A stretch of DNA of 64,000 nucleotides from a virus: positions 1-64,000 of the IMG/VR virus record IMGVR_UViG_3300032323_000716; one strand, given 5' to 3'. The notes beneath the pieces were generated by a model. It ran no database searches. It saw only the letters and a list, made by a program, of their open reading frames with translations, and was not told the origin of the DNA. Position 1 is the first letter of the stretch; every line of letters begins with the position of its first letter. Position numbers and translations under genes: made by a program. Of this stretch, positions 48,201 through 57,100 are shown piece by piece.

Positions 48201-48718
48201 CAAACGCTACACAATCGGTCAATACTAACACTTCAACAACTGTAACTGCTTCGGGTACAGGTTCTAGTTATGCTGGTAACTTTATATTCTTTACACAGGC
48301 AACTTGGAACAACTCCGGGGCGTCAGTGGGTACTCGAGTCGCTACTAGTTTTACACAGTTTCCTGCAGGTACTGCTGTATCCGCAGTAAGTACACGAAGA
48401 TTGGGTACTACTACAGTGATACGTGCAACATTTACTCAGACTCTTACTACATCAGTGAATGCTGCAGGAACTGTGACATTCCAGTTTGGTGACCCACAGT
48501 TTGCGCTGCCAGGAGAACAGGTTTTCTCTTTTGTTACTAACCCAGGTAACGTTGCTAGCTTGACCTTAAAAGAACTTAAAGAGTTAACTACTACTGCAAT
48601 TGGTGGTCGAGGTGCGTTCCCAAATGGCCCGGACGTGTTGGCTATTAATATCTTTAAAGTTACAGGTACCGCAACACCCGGAGCGATTATTCTGCGTTGG
48701 GGAGAGGCGCAGGCTTAA
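42257..48718 (+). CDS. Giant modular virion protein (Asp-box propeller, G.GA.F repeats, helical C-x-R-D domain)
   Basis: 2153 aa; KCTRDVGFFIDAILHDLRYGGN, DADFEYGLQPTKW, LGG.SPAND repeats, S.DGG.TW propeller, RQSKKYIRYQSGKG. Confidence 0.7.
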   Translation: MAKKQLKNYVFEPGISKNDNLYPRAVALLSANKAFLQAQVVAFINNQITNNVAPYVSYTYASQKCTRDVGFFIDAILHDLRYGGNVKCRQVADYFWIDGEPQIRGDVTPETTAQTYLRTIINNFIFTNTSVSPSYGNTVSQAFILGQNAETGADTRNTTLWNIFTDVITNGTPAMPAKIPGVSSIRLVGQIDISSILLITDVNSGQILYNFADANNSVTVSYKQGRSSSDGQLLSDVDFQSWWQASDSITDMFLSTDTSSLSSGSELQIFVEEEYQTIRPWQFGTDAIERMRVAAPQAMLDADFEYGLQPTKWQALGTIRMYPSVFEVPGTDLGVSNVITDASVNTGGFGSSLITVTTSGVHGFSIGQPITVKGLNAGLSGFARAEGSFLIYSIPSSVSFTYFASAKVGTNSGDSLFTTFTQIRQAGFYTGASIGTPTFSVFSNGTVNNITSKFDTPSGSFSIAFNGTSPTVGSPISGSPNIAAGTSVAGVIGSGTVVARVKETVSSTSDTSIRIVDLTGIQQQMALDAAGDAVFINSISGDQLTLSGAIGSTYTGANGTNATVTGTNITPIGTGATFTVFRSSGFYTVTDAGDSTWNGTNYAVGDNLLILGTSLGGASPANDVTVVVTAIDSGGAIEGFTSAGNAVTGGATYTNVAQFSSTGGGSGFLIDVVRAGGTGIYNITLAAGGTSYSPGDTVTFAGTDLGGSSPANDIVIQINGVGFPSQNVVDYEIVGTPVGASGDASYTSVSASNIPASGSGAEFDITRNNGVYTAAIAVLGDGGGGYNIGNRIRILGTSLNGASPANDCIVRVSGATGGIITSVTAEGTPYAGDTISIYPTLSISEALTGAILDGSVLNTGAIATIQVDFSSPHGLVPGTTVLTQVTSQPAPEFASQSRTLPASGTWTGAAGLNGIFVAVLSGSSVSARSTDGQSWEAGGNMPSGAAWKSVTAGTIGSTNYFVAVANGPSTAAAWSANGGTTWAASTLPSNSNWSSITFGDGRFVAVASGGTATAFSTDGGQTWSSGGALSTSTTWTDVAAGLVGTSVYFVAIASGGTVANYSADGGVSWIATGALPATATWTSLAYGNNRFFAVASGGTTSAFSTNGTTWTAATLPSSATWSSVAYGDDVFLVVASGSTSALTSFTGETGSFTARTLSATSNWSELAYTAYTGFGRFVAVGNTTAAQSIDLTSANHQLGTGPHVVTAVPAPSTIRFPARTTGTINTATASMTGVVYARPDAFFTHRPFDGGVQLGTGNPSHGAQAIRQSKKYIRYQSGKGMMYTTGGLFAPSYNIASATAVDTVINSFITVTLDDTDHGLQPGAIVEIIGMLSFEYNGEYTVESIVDARRFRVRAGVTLSTTSAQLGPDCKVLLKRWHGATVRIGAFDEQNGIFYQYDGQEMAVVRRSSTNQLTGTVSISVDSNSVFGTGTRFTEQLKVGDKIVIRGMSHLVTSITNNTSMTVAPDWRGANTISGAKICVTEELYIPQSQWNLDKLDGTGASGYNLLPWRMQMLGMQYSWYAAGFIEWMMRGADGRFVFLHKVRNSNVNTEAYMRTANLPVRYEVENRSAVGKLAETINSTATSLRVTDASRFPTSGTLYIDNELISYSGKSGNTLTSLTRAATFLAFTAGQNRTFSAGSAVTHSEGAGVTLVSCTTSPTISHWGSALLTDGLFDEDRGYIFNYAATGLSITTAKQTAFMIRLAPSVSNAIVGDLGERDLLNRAQLLLNEIAVTSDTGSGAIVVEGILNPRNYPANPTNITWAGLSSSAAGGQPSFAQIALGGSINWGGVPLTTTTATIQGALTTTITARGFSTVTQILTAIANSGFRTQAFLNTQNDFYITNSAFDGIQAGATPIRVGDRLSLTTFITGGQTISNFTRNFSNSGFTRIVMSANANGNSAAFANQSVTCTNSISTGYASAFVNGRTDFLIADTDLTTSNLTVGDTLSVASFLISNQTVQSITSSFARVSGTNFTRIVMSSAANATQSVNTNTSTTVTASGTGSSYAGNFIFFTQATWNNSGASVGTRVATSFTQFPAGTAVSAVSTRRLGTTTVIRATFTQTLTTSVNAAGTVTFQFGDPQFALPGEQVFSFVTNPGNVASLTLKELKELTTTAIGGRGAFPNGPDVLAINIFKVTGTATPGAIILRWGEAQA

Positions 48719-48995
48719 CAGCGAACTTGTTACGTTCAAACTGATCTAATTTCGTATCAAGAGTTTTCTTTAACGATACGATATTAGATCGGATATCAGT
48801 AACATCGTCGCCCATCCTGCCGGTTAATACAAGTTGATCGTGACTGCGATCGATATAACCAACCTGTTCTATCAATTGTTTAAAAACTTTAGTCAGTGCG
48901 GCTTTCGATCCCTCGTCAGTGATCGCATCGATCTTTTCTTGATATCTTTTACAGTCTTCTAAAAATCTAGGATTATTTGCTAATTTTGGAATCAT
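48687..48995 (-). CDS. Hypothetical helical protein
   Basis: 102 aa; ATG overlaps the upstream gene's stop (ATGA). Confidence 0.6.
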   Translation of the reverse strand: MIPKLANNPRFLEDCKRYQEKIDAITDEGSKAALTKVFKQLIEQVGYIDRSHDQLVLTGRMGDDVTDIRSNIVSLKKTLDTKLDQFERNKFAVKPAPLPNAE

Positions 48996-49366
48996 TTTTC
49001 TAACACCATTATAGTTTCAATTTTTGCTCTTATCAGCGAATTATTTAACGTCGTTTTAAGGCCAGTATGTAGATTCTTTGGTAACTGATCTATATTGGCC
49101 CAACATATAGTCTCATCCACACCGCCAAAAAATTCGCTATCTACCGAACAGACATATGTGCTGTATTCAAAACCTCTATCTTCTGATAGATAAAGTTCTA
49201 TAGGAATAATTTTTCCCTGCGAATAGTGATCTAATAATTCCTGAGAGTCTTGAATAACTGTAGATACTCTAGCGAATGTAGGCACAGTCCAGCGTTCATC
49301 TTGTAGAATAAGGAACACTCTATTAGTTTTTTTAGAAAGAAAAATCAGTCCGGCACGTTGTTGCAT
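48992..49366 (-). CDS. Hypothetical protein, possibly a degenerate NUDIX fold (start revised to 49366)
   Basis: MQQRAGLIFLS....RVFLIL...W and C-terminal W...DQLPKNLH.GL resemble NUDIX flanks, but no Nudix box is present; ATG 5 nt after TAAGTA. Confidence 0.45.
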   Translation of the reverse strand: MQQRAGLIFLSKKTNRVFLILQDERWTVPTFARVSTVIQDSQELLDHYSQGKIIPIELYLSEDRGFEYSTYVCSVDSEFFGGVDETICWANIDQLPKNLHTGLKTTLNNSLIRAKIETIMVLEK

Positions 49367-49377
49367 GCTGATACTTA

Positions 49378-50961
49378 TCAAGGATTGAGATCTAATCTCC
49401 AATAACCGGCTGCATACTCACCCTCAAACGATTTGAGCCACTGTTCACCATCCCATCTATATTGGATTCCTGTGCGCAGATTTTGAAAGTATGTTGGAAT
49501 AAAATCTTCTCCTGTTAGGCTGGCATCCTCTAGATCATGATCCATAGGGTTCCAAACAGTTATCCAAGCCGAGCCATTCCACTCAATGATAGAATTGGCC
49601 TTGATTACAGGATCATTGCCGTCGAGATTTTTCCATCCGTCAGGACCGTCATAGACTTGACCTAGGCTAGAATCCGAAGGATGACTGGAATCCCAATTTT
49701 GTTGATTAATTAAACCCGTACTAGCACTGTTATTAACATCGTCTAACATTAAGAAACGAGTACCAGAAATAATTGTTTGATCAGTCATTTCACCATTAGG
49801 GCGTTTTGGATTATATTTGTATGGATCTATAATAGCATCTACAGTAGTCCATTGATTGCTTGATCTAGCCGGTCCTTGTATGACAGTGTTACTAGGTTTA
49901 GCATCAACGTCTAAGGTTACTAACAGATATGTAGGATCAAGTTCATTGATAACAAAAGTACCACTTATTTCATTACCGTTGGGTTGTATAAAATATATCT
50001 TACTAATGCCAGGATTATAACCGCCGTATATATCTATTATAGTATTCCAGTCTATGCGTTCACCCTGTTTAACAGGCGGCGTAAATCCTAGAGAAGTTAT
50101 AACTTCTGACTGACGAGTCACTGATAGATCATAGTCTCTATCTTGATTGTTATTGCTCTTGAGCAATAAGACACCAAACTGTCCTGCAGTAACTCGTATT
50201 TGTGCATCGCCAGTTTCTTGATTGTAAATGATATCTTCGAGACTCATGATATCGCCAGAGTCAGTGAATACATTCATAATCATACTGCGTATTACACCTA
50301 GTTTCTTAACCTTGGCAGGAGGAGTAATATAGACAGGAATAGTAAATTCCATAGTAGCAATGTCTATATTAGTATCTGCACCTTGTGGAATAGTTCTAGA
50401 ACTAAAATTAATTGTTTTTAAATCTACTACACTGATACTGGTCCAGTCAATGTAATTGTCTGTGGTTTGAATTTCTAAACTAGGATTGAATAACATCAAT
50501 ATCTGTTCTAGTATCTGCAATTTTTGATCAGTGTTAGACGTCCAAAGTTCTGCCTTCATAGACAGTTTAAACGGAGTAGGCATTAAACGCTCAACTGTAT
50601 AACCACCACCTTGATAATTTTCATAGATAGGAGTACCGCGTAATCTTACATCTGGATGATCAGCAGGATAAAAATCTTCAAAGGCTCTTTCTCGTATTTG
50701 TAATTTGCTAACAAAACTAGCATCTGCTAGCCTACTGGTATCTAACTCTAGTCCGCTAATATAGCAAGCGATCTTGGGCACAGTCTGCATTTTGTTTTCA
50801 GAATTATCTGCAATAATGGATGCTACCTGTCTAGTTAAATCACCGTAGGTAACAGGAATATGTCTTAGAGTTCCATCTCCGGTTTTATATTTGAAACCGA
50901 TAAAGATTCTCATGAATTGTGTTACATATCGGCGTATCTGCCCGTCGTAGAAAAAGTCCAT
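49378..50961 (-). CDS. gp15: Tail sheath stabiliser/tail completion protein with a C-terminal extension
   Basis: FFYDGQIRRYVTQFMRIF, IPVTYG, PTPFKL, QKLQILEQILMLFNP and PPAKVKK are gp15-like; lies next to the neck genes. Confidence 0.75.
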   Translation of the reverse strand: MDFFYDGQIRRYVTQFMRIFIGFKYKTGDGTLRHIPVTYGDLTRQVASIIADNSENKMQTVPKIACYISGLELDTSRLADASFVSKLQIRERAFEDFYPADHPDVRLRGTPIYENYQGGGYTVERLMPTPFKLSMKAELWTSNTDQKLQILEQILMLFNPSLEIQTTDNYIDWTSISVVDLKTINFSSRTIPQGADTNIDIATMEFTIPVYITPPAKVKKLGVIRSMIMNVFTDSGDIMSLEDIIYNQETGDAQIRVTAGQFGVLLLKSNNNQDRDYDLSVTRQSEVITSLGFTPPVKQGERIDWNTIIDIYGGYNPGISKIYFIQPNGNEISGTFVINELDPTYLLVTLDVDAKPSNTVIQGPARSSNQWTTVDAIIDPYKYNPKRPNGEMTDQTIISGTRFLMLDDVNNSASTGLINQQNWDSSHPSDSSLGQVYDGPDGWKNLDGNDPVIKANSIIEWNGSAWITVWNPMDHDLEDASLTGEDFIPTYFQNLRTGIQYRWDGEQWLKSFEGEYAAGYWRLDLNP

Positions 50962-52244
50962 TATTCGTCTGCCTTGGGTCTAAGAGCCTTAGTAAGGCTT
51001 TGTTTCTCTTTTACAGTTTTGCCGTTTATGGTAGTTTGTTTATTGTTATTAACAAAACTGGTTTTCTGTGTTAGTCTTACATCTTTGTCTAAGAATATAT
51101 CATTAGGAGAACCGTTAGCCACAACATCTTCGTAGCCTAGATTGTTCATGGTCATTCTTGTTACATCTTCCACTTTAATCCATCGTGTTCCACTAAAACG
51201 GAACAGCCTCTTGGGGTTGTAATCTGTACGCAAATGATATTGACCAACAGAAGGTTGTAATGGAAAAGAAATACCAGATGAGAACGGAGCACCGTTTGGC
51301 GGAACTCCGTCGCCGTCGCCGATCATTGGGCCATCGTATTCAGGGCTCTGATAGATTGTACTAGAGGTTGAACCAACATATATTGGATCACCGTTCTCAT
51401 CTACTAACGGATTACCTTGAGCATCTGTGGCTTGCGTTTGCATAGAAGCCAGTAATTGTGTAGTATCTACTGTTACTAATTCAACTTTTCCTTCTTGATC
51501 CTTCTGCAACATATAATGTTGAGTAGTATCAAATCCACTCTTAGGAGAATCTGATTCGGCTTGCTCAAGTACTGCCTGAGTAATTTGCATTTCTTTCTCA
51601 TAGGTACTCATGAGATCTCTAAGAGTCGTAGTAGTGTCGTTACTGATACCTTCACTGTCGGCTACTTGATCTAAGATATCTTTGTATTCTTGACTGTCAA
51701 CTAGAGGTTTGCACTTAGCACGATATAGATGCGGATACCAAGTTACAGAAAAACCTTCTGCTGCTCTAGTGACTTCTTCGATGACATAAAATCTTTTCAG
51801 TGCAAATTGAAGATCATTGAGTGCATATTCATCTTTAAGATGCGGCAATTCTATAACATCACCTGAAATTAATTTTCTACCTATTTTTTCTACAGTATCT
51901 TGAATGTGAAAAGTTATGAATATAGTATCATTCTGTAAAAATAAACCAAACTGACTGAGATTAAAATCTGTATCTTGTATGTTATATGCGCCACGAAGTA
52001 TATAAACATCGGGATCGTATTTTCTATCACGATTTTCTAAAAACAATAGATCCTGTATTTGTGTTACATCCGTGGTTGCATAATTAGGAGTAGACGGTGT
52101 GTCCCCCTGCACAGATACACCTGGTCCTAGATACCTGTGTAGAAGCACATCGGTGCCGCCCACTTGGAACATTTCCCAGACAGTTTTATCTATGAATTTA
52201 AAGTCGTTGCCCTTTTGCGGGCGATACAGCGAAAGTCTTGGCAT
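50961..52244 (-). CDS. gp14: Neck protein, gp14-like (start revised to 52244)
   Basis: MPRLSLY..., DLLFLENRDRKY, FNLSQFGLFLQND, GDVIELPH; ATG 7 nt after TAAATA. Confidence 0.65.
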   Translation of the reverse strand: MPRLSLYRPQKGNDFKFIDKTVWEMFQVGGTDVLLHRYLGPGVSVQGDTPSTPNYATTDVTQIQDLLFLENRDRKYDPDVYILRGAYNIQDTDFNLSQFGLFLQNDTIFITFHIQDTVEKIGRKLISGDVIELPHLKDEYALNDLQFALKRFYVIEEVTRAAEGFSVTWYPHLYRAKCKPLVDSQEYKDILDQVADSEGISNDTTTTLRDLMSTYEKEMQITQAVLEQAESDSPKSGFDTTQHYMLQKDQEGKVELVTVDTTQLLASMQTQATDAQGNPLVDENGDPIYVGSTSSTIYQSPEYDGPMIGDGDGVPPNGAPFSSGISFPLQPSVGQYHLRTDYNPKRLFRFSGTRWIKVEDVTRMTMNNLGYEDVVANGSPNDIFLDKDVRLTQKTSFVNNNKQTTINGKTVKEKQSLTKALRPKADE

Positions 52245-52277
52245 AGTAGTATATTTACCGCTACGATAAATACTGTT

Positions 52278-53036
52278 ATGAGCAACATAGATCAAGCCCG
52301 CCAATCCGTATATGACTATTGTAAAACCATGCTGGGCGATGGTATGATAGACATAGAATTAGATCCTGTACATTATGAAACAGCATTAAATAGATCTTTG
52401 GGAGTTTTTCGTCAACGATCTGATAATGCTGTGGAAGAAAGTTACGCTTTTTTGACCCTAACACAGGATCAAAACGACTATATTTTGCCCAAAGAAATAC
52501 AACAGGTCAGACAGATCTATAGACGCAGTATTGGTTCTCGAACTGGAACAGGATCCGGCGGCACAGTATTTGAACCCTTTAACCTAGCCTACACAAATAC
52601 CTATTTGTTAAGTTCAACTAACATGGGTGGTTTGTTGACCTATGAATTATTCGCACAGTATCAAGAACTAGTAGGTAAGATGTTTGGCTCATTTATTAAC
52701 TTCAGTTTCAATCCTCAAACTAGAAAACTTACAATTTTTCAAAGACCTAGAGGAGAAGAAGAAGTCATGCTTTGGGTGTATAATCAACGTCCAGATTTTG
52801 CTATCATTGAAGATACCTATGCAGGACAATGGATCAAAGATTATAGTCTAGCAAACTGCAAAATGATGCTAGGGCAAGCCCGCGAAAAGTTTTCACAGAT
52901 TGCAGGACCCACAGGCGGTTCAAGTCTAAACGGTGCGGCTATGAAATCAGAAGCCACTACTGATTTGGATAGATTAACCAAAGAATTGGAAACACTGGTA
53001 TCTGGTGGTCACGGATATACTTGGATAACCGGTTGA
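52278..53036 (+). CDS. gp13: Neck protein, gp13-like (start revised to 52278)
   Basis: LGDGMIDIELD, WIKDYSLA.CK..LG.AR.KF..IAGP.GG.SLNG; ATG 5 nt after TAAATA. Confidence 0.8.
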   Translation: MSNIDQARQSVYDYCKTMLGDGMIDIELDPVHYETALNRSLGVFRQRSDNAVEESYAFLTLTQDQNDYILPKEIQQVRQIYRRSIGSRTGTGSGGTVFEPFNLAYTNTYLLSSTNMGGLLTYELFAQYQELVGKMFGSFINFSFNPQTRKLTIFQRPRGEEEVMLWVYNQRPDFAIIEDTYAGQWIKDYSLANCKMMLGQAREKFSQIAGPTGGSSLNGAAMKSEATTDLDRLTKELETLVSGGHGYTWITG

Positions 53037-53062
53037 CATAATCTAAAACTATTTGTTATAAT
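53033..53062 (+). promoter_or_regulatory. Consensus sigma70 promoter for the dNMP kinase gene
   Basis: TTGACA (53033-38), 18 nt, TATAAT (53057-62) with an extended -10 TG. Confidence 0.75.
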
Positions 53063-53082
53063 ATCCTTAATCGGAGGATATT

Positions 53083-53736
53083 ATGATCATAGGTATTTGC
53101 GGATTTATCGGCAGCGGCAAAGACACAGTCGCTGACTATCTTGTAAACTTTCACGAATTTAGACGAGAGTCATTTGCTAACACTCTTAAAGATGCTGTGA
53201 GTGCAGTGTTTGGTTGGGACCGAACCATGCTGGAAGGCAGAACTAAAGAAGCCAGAGAGTGGCGAGAGCAGGTAGATCCTTGGTGGGCTGCTAGACTTGA
53301 TATGCCTACACTTACTCCTAGATGGGTACTACAATATTGGGGTACAGAAGTATGCCGCAAAGCATTTCATGATGATATATGGATTGCTTCCCTAGAAAAC
53401 AAAATTCGTAACTCGAAAGATCATGTGGTAATTTCAGACTGCCGATTTCCCAACGAAATTAGTTCTATTAAAAATGCTGGTGGTCAAATAATTTGGGTAC
53501 AGCGTGGTGAATTACCTGATTGGTATGATGTTGCTATAGATGCTAACCGTGGTAGTAATGTAGCGTTGAATGAACTTAAGATGCGTAAGATCCATGCTAG
53601 TGAAACTGCTTGGGTTGGCACAGACTTCGATCATGTTATTGAAAATGACGGTGATATTTCTGATCTCTATACAAAGATTGCTTCAGTAATCAGCAATGAG
53701 GTCTCCTTGACGCCAGGTAATGCCCTCCTTGCCTAG
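53083..53736 (+). CDS. gp1: Deoxynucleoside monophosphate kinase
   Basis: MIIGICGFIGSGKDT P-loop, SFANTLKD, TPRWVLQYWGTE, ISDCRFPNE and HASE; GGAGG SD. Confidence 0.9.
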   Translation: MIIGICGFIGSGKDTVADYLVNFHEFRRESFANTLKDAVSAVFGWDRTMLEGRTKEAREWREQVDPWWAARLDMPTLTPRWVLQYWGTEVCRKAFHDDIWIASLENKIRNSKDHVVISDCRFPNEISSIKNAGGQIIWVQRGELPDWYDVAIDANRGSNVALNELKMRKIHASETAWVGTDFDHVIENDGDISDLYTKIASVISNEVSLTPGNALLA

Positions 53737-54021
53737 AGTTTGGGCGCAGTTAGCACATACAGTTTTTAAGTTACTGGTTCTGCAGTTGTCGAGGTTTCCG
53801 TCTACATGAAACACTCGAAATACCTCTTTGTGCGGACTGCGGAACCCGCATTTATCGCAGGTATTTTTCATCCTATAGCCTGATCTGTACCACCTAGGTA
53901 TACCATGATAATCTCCATGGGTTAAACAGGCTTCGCAGAGACTACGATAATAGATCCTATTGCCTTTTTTATAGTTTATGGCTTTGGGTCTTAGGCTACA
54001 TTTGGCGCAAAGTGGTCTCAT
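53683..54021 (-). CDS. Zn-finger/HNH-like protein (start revised to 54021)
   Basis: CAKC, CEAC, CDKC and FHVDGNLDN...NLKTVCANC; ATG 5 nt after TAAATA. Confidence 0.7.
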   Translation of the reverse strand: MRPLCAKCSLRPKAINYKKGNRIYYRSLCEACLTHGDYHGIPRWYRSGYRMKNTCDKCGFRSPHKEVFRVFHVDGNLDNCRTSNLKTVCANCAQTLGKEGITWRQGDLIADY

Positions 54022-54126
54022 AAAATTATTTACACCTTTTCTTCCCCTTTTTAAATAAGGCATAGACAGCCGTTTTTGGCAATAGCCGCTAAATAATATG
54101 AGCAACTATTACCAGGAGATTAGGGA

Positions 54127-57100
54127 ATGGCACTAACATCACCAGGCGTACAAGTTACGGTAATTGACGAGAGTTTTTATACACCAGCAGAACCTGGTAC
54201 TACTCCTCTTATTGTAATCGCTACAGCACAGGATAAATCAAATGCAGCAGGCACCGGCACTGCTGTAGGCACTACAGCCTCGAATGTCAATAAAGCATTC
54301 AAGATTACTAGCCAGAGGGAACTTGTAGATACCTTTGGTGTTCCATTTTTTGAACAGACTGCATCAGCAAGTCCTGTACACGGTGGAGAACGAAACGAAT
54401 ACGGTTTATTAGCAGCATACAGTTACCTAGGGGTAAGCAATGCAGCATTTATAGTTCGTGCAGACGTTGATCTAGCAGAACTAGCAGGACAAACATCCGC
54501 CCCGGGAGCAGAGCCAGCAAATGGCAAATGGTGGTTAGATACATTGTCAACATCTTGGGGTATCCAAGAGTGGAATGGCGCTGCATCGACTGTGGTTGGC
54601 GGTCAAAAATTCGCTAACAAAGTTCCGTTGGTTTTAACTGACGAAGATTTTAGCAAGTTAGACGGTGATCCTTTTGACCCTTTACCATCAGTAGGATCTG
54701 TGGGAGACTATGCAATAGTAGCACAAACTATTGGCGCCGACTCCCCAGTAGAAACCAAAGAAAATATCAAATTATGGTATAAGAGTGCAGGCAATGGCGG
54801 CCTAGGCGACCGAGGCGTTACTGCAGGTACTTGGGTACTAGTTGGTTCACCAGAATGGAAAGCCAGCCACCCAGCAGTTCAAGGCACTACAGCAGTATCA
54901 AGTGCTGTATCACACGATAATTTAGTTCTTAATGGCACGCCGATCACTGCAGGAAGTAGATCGGCCTCTACGTTGGCCACTGCAATTAATGGTCTAGCAC
55001 CAGTTGGTATTTCTGCACAAGCAGTTAACAACAGATTGTATATCTATTCAGATGGTACTTCAGTATCAGACGGTAGCACAACATCAGTAGACGGAGCATT
55101 AACTTTAGAAGGTAATTGGACACCGTTCGGTATTACCGCAGGTACATATTACTCACCTAAATTACAACAAACTCCTCATACACAGGTTCCTGCATTTAAG
55201 TCAACAGACGGTGCACCAAGACCAACAGGATCAGTTTGGATTAAGACAACAACCCCAAATAGCGGTTCTAGATGGGTAATCAAGCGTTGGAATAGTGCAA
55301 CTCAATTATGGGTAAGTTATTCTGCTCCTTTATATGCAACTACTAATTCTGCATTATACGGTTTAGATCGTAGCGGTGGTGGTATCAATATTGATCAAGA
55401 AGAAATTTTTGTACAAACTAATGCTACTGAAAGCAGCGGCAATGACAACAGTCCAGATACAGCAGAATATAGAATTTGGAGACGTGGCGGCCAAGGTGCT
55501 ACAACTATCGAATCTGGTATTATTACAACAGCCACTTTCGGTACAGTTTCAGGTAATAGTTTTACTTTAAAACAAAGCCATCCTGGCTACGAAAGTTTGA
55601 TTCAAACCACAGTTACTTTTAATTCAGCCAGTGATGCAGAAAGTGATGCACAGGCATTTGCAGCAGCAATTAACTCGGCAAACTTTGGATTTGATAATAC
55701 TGATCCAGCCAGCCCTATTGCTTACACAAATTATATCACAGCAGAAGTTACAGCAACTAACACAGTGATAGTAAGACATACAGCCGGCGGCGACATTAGA
55801 TTCACAGACGGCACTGGAACTCCTATTGTTTCAGCATTTGGAACTGGTTACAGTCTTGAAGACCAAGATGGCACAGTTAACTTTTATGCATCAGGCAACG
55901 GAACAGAGTATATCGCAACTTTGTGGAAACCGTTGGCCACAGAAAACTTTGCTGCTCAAGGAGATCAACCTCTAGCAGAAGCAGCCGACGGACAATTATG
56001 GTACAATCCTAATTTCTCTGAAGTTGATATTATGGTTCATAATGGTAACACATGGGTTGGCTATAAGAACACACATTCATTATACACAGGAACTGATCCA
56101 GAAGGTGCTATTGTAAGTGCCAGCGAACCAACAGCGCAGAGCGACGGCACAGCACTAGTAGATAACGATCTATGGATTAGTACAGCAGATCTTGAAAATT
56201 ATCCTGCTATCTACAGATATACAAATGCAGGAACAACTTCTGCAGCATGGACATTGATTGATAAAACCGATCAAACCACAGAAGACGGTATCCTGTTTGC
56301 AGATGCTCGTTGGAATACTGACGGCGGATCAGGCGATGCAACTATTATTGAATTGCTAACCAGCAATTTCTTAGACTTTGATGCTCCAGATCCTGCACTA
56401 TATCCAAAAGGTATGTTACTATGGAACCTACGTAGAAGCGGTGGTAACGTTAAGCGTTATCAAAACAACTACGTTAATACAGCAGAAAACAATCCAAGAT
56501 TCCAAGCGTCAAGAGCAGCAAATGGTTTAGATCCTATTCTAGGCGATGCAATGACATCTTATTGGTCTGATCGTTGGACTACTGCTTCTCCAAACAACGA
56601 AGACGGTTCAGGATCATTTGGTCGCAAGGCTCAACGTGCTTTAGTTGTACAAAAACTAAAGAGCACAATTGATACAAGTTCAGAGATTCGCGACGAAGAG
56701 CGCAGAAACTTTAACTTAATTGCTTGCCCAGGATATCCAGAGACTCTAAGTAACTTGATTAACTTGAACTTAGATCGTGGCCTAACAGCGTTCGTAGTTG
56801 GTGACACACCATTGCGCTTGCCAGCAGATGCTACAAGCCTAACAGCATGGGGTACTAACGCTAATGGCGCATTAGACAACGGCGATACTGGCATTGTTAG
56901 TTACGATGAATATTGTGCTGTTTATTATCCAAACGGATTTACCACAGACCTAGGCGGTTCAAACGCAGTTGTTCCAGCATCGCACATGATGCTAAGAACA
57001 ATCGCCCTAAGCGATCAAGTTTCTTATCCATGGTTTGCACCAGCAGGCACACGTCGTGGCGGTATTACTAACGCAACAGCAGTTGGTTATATCGATTCTA

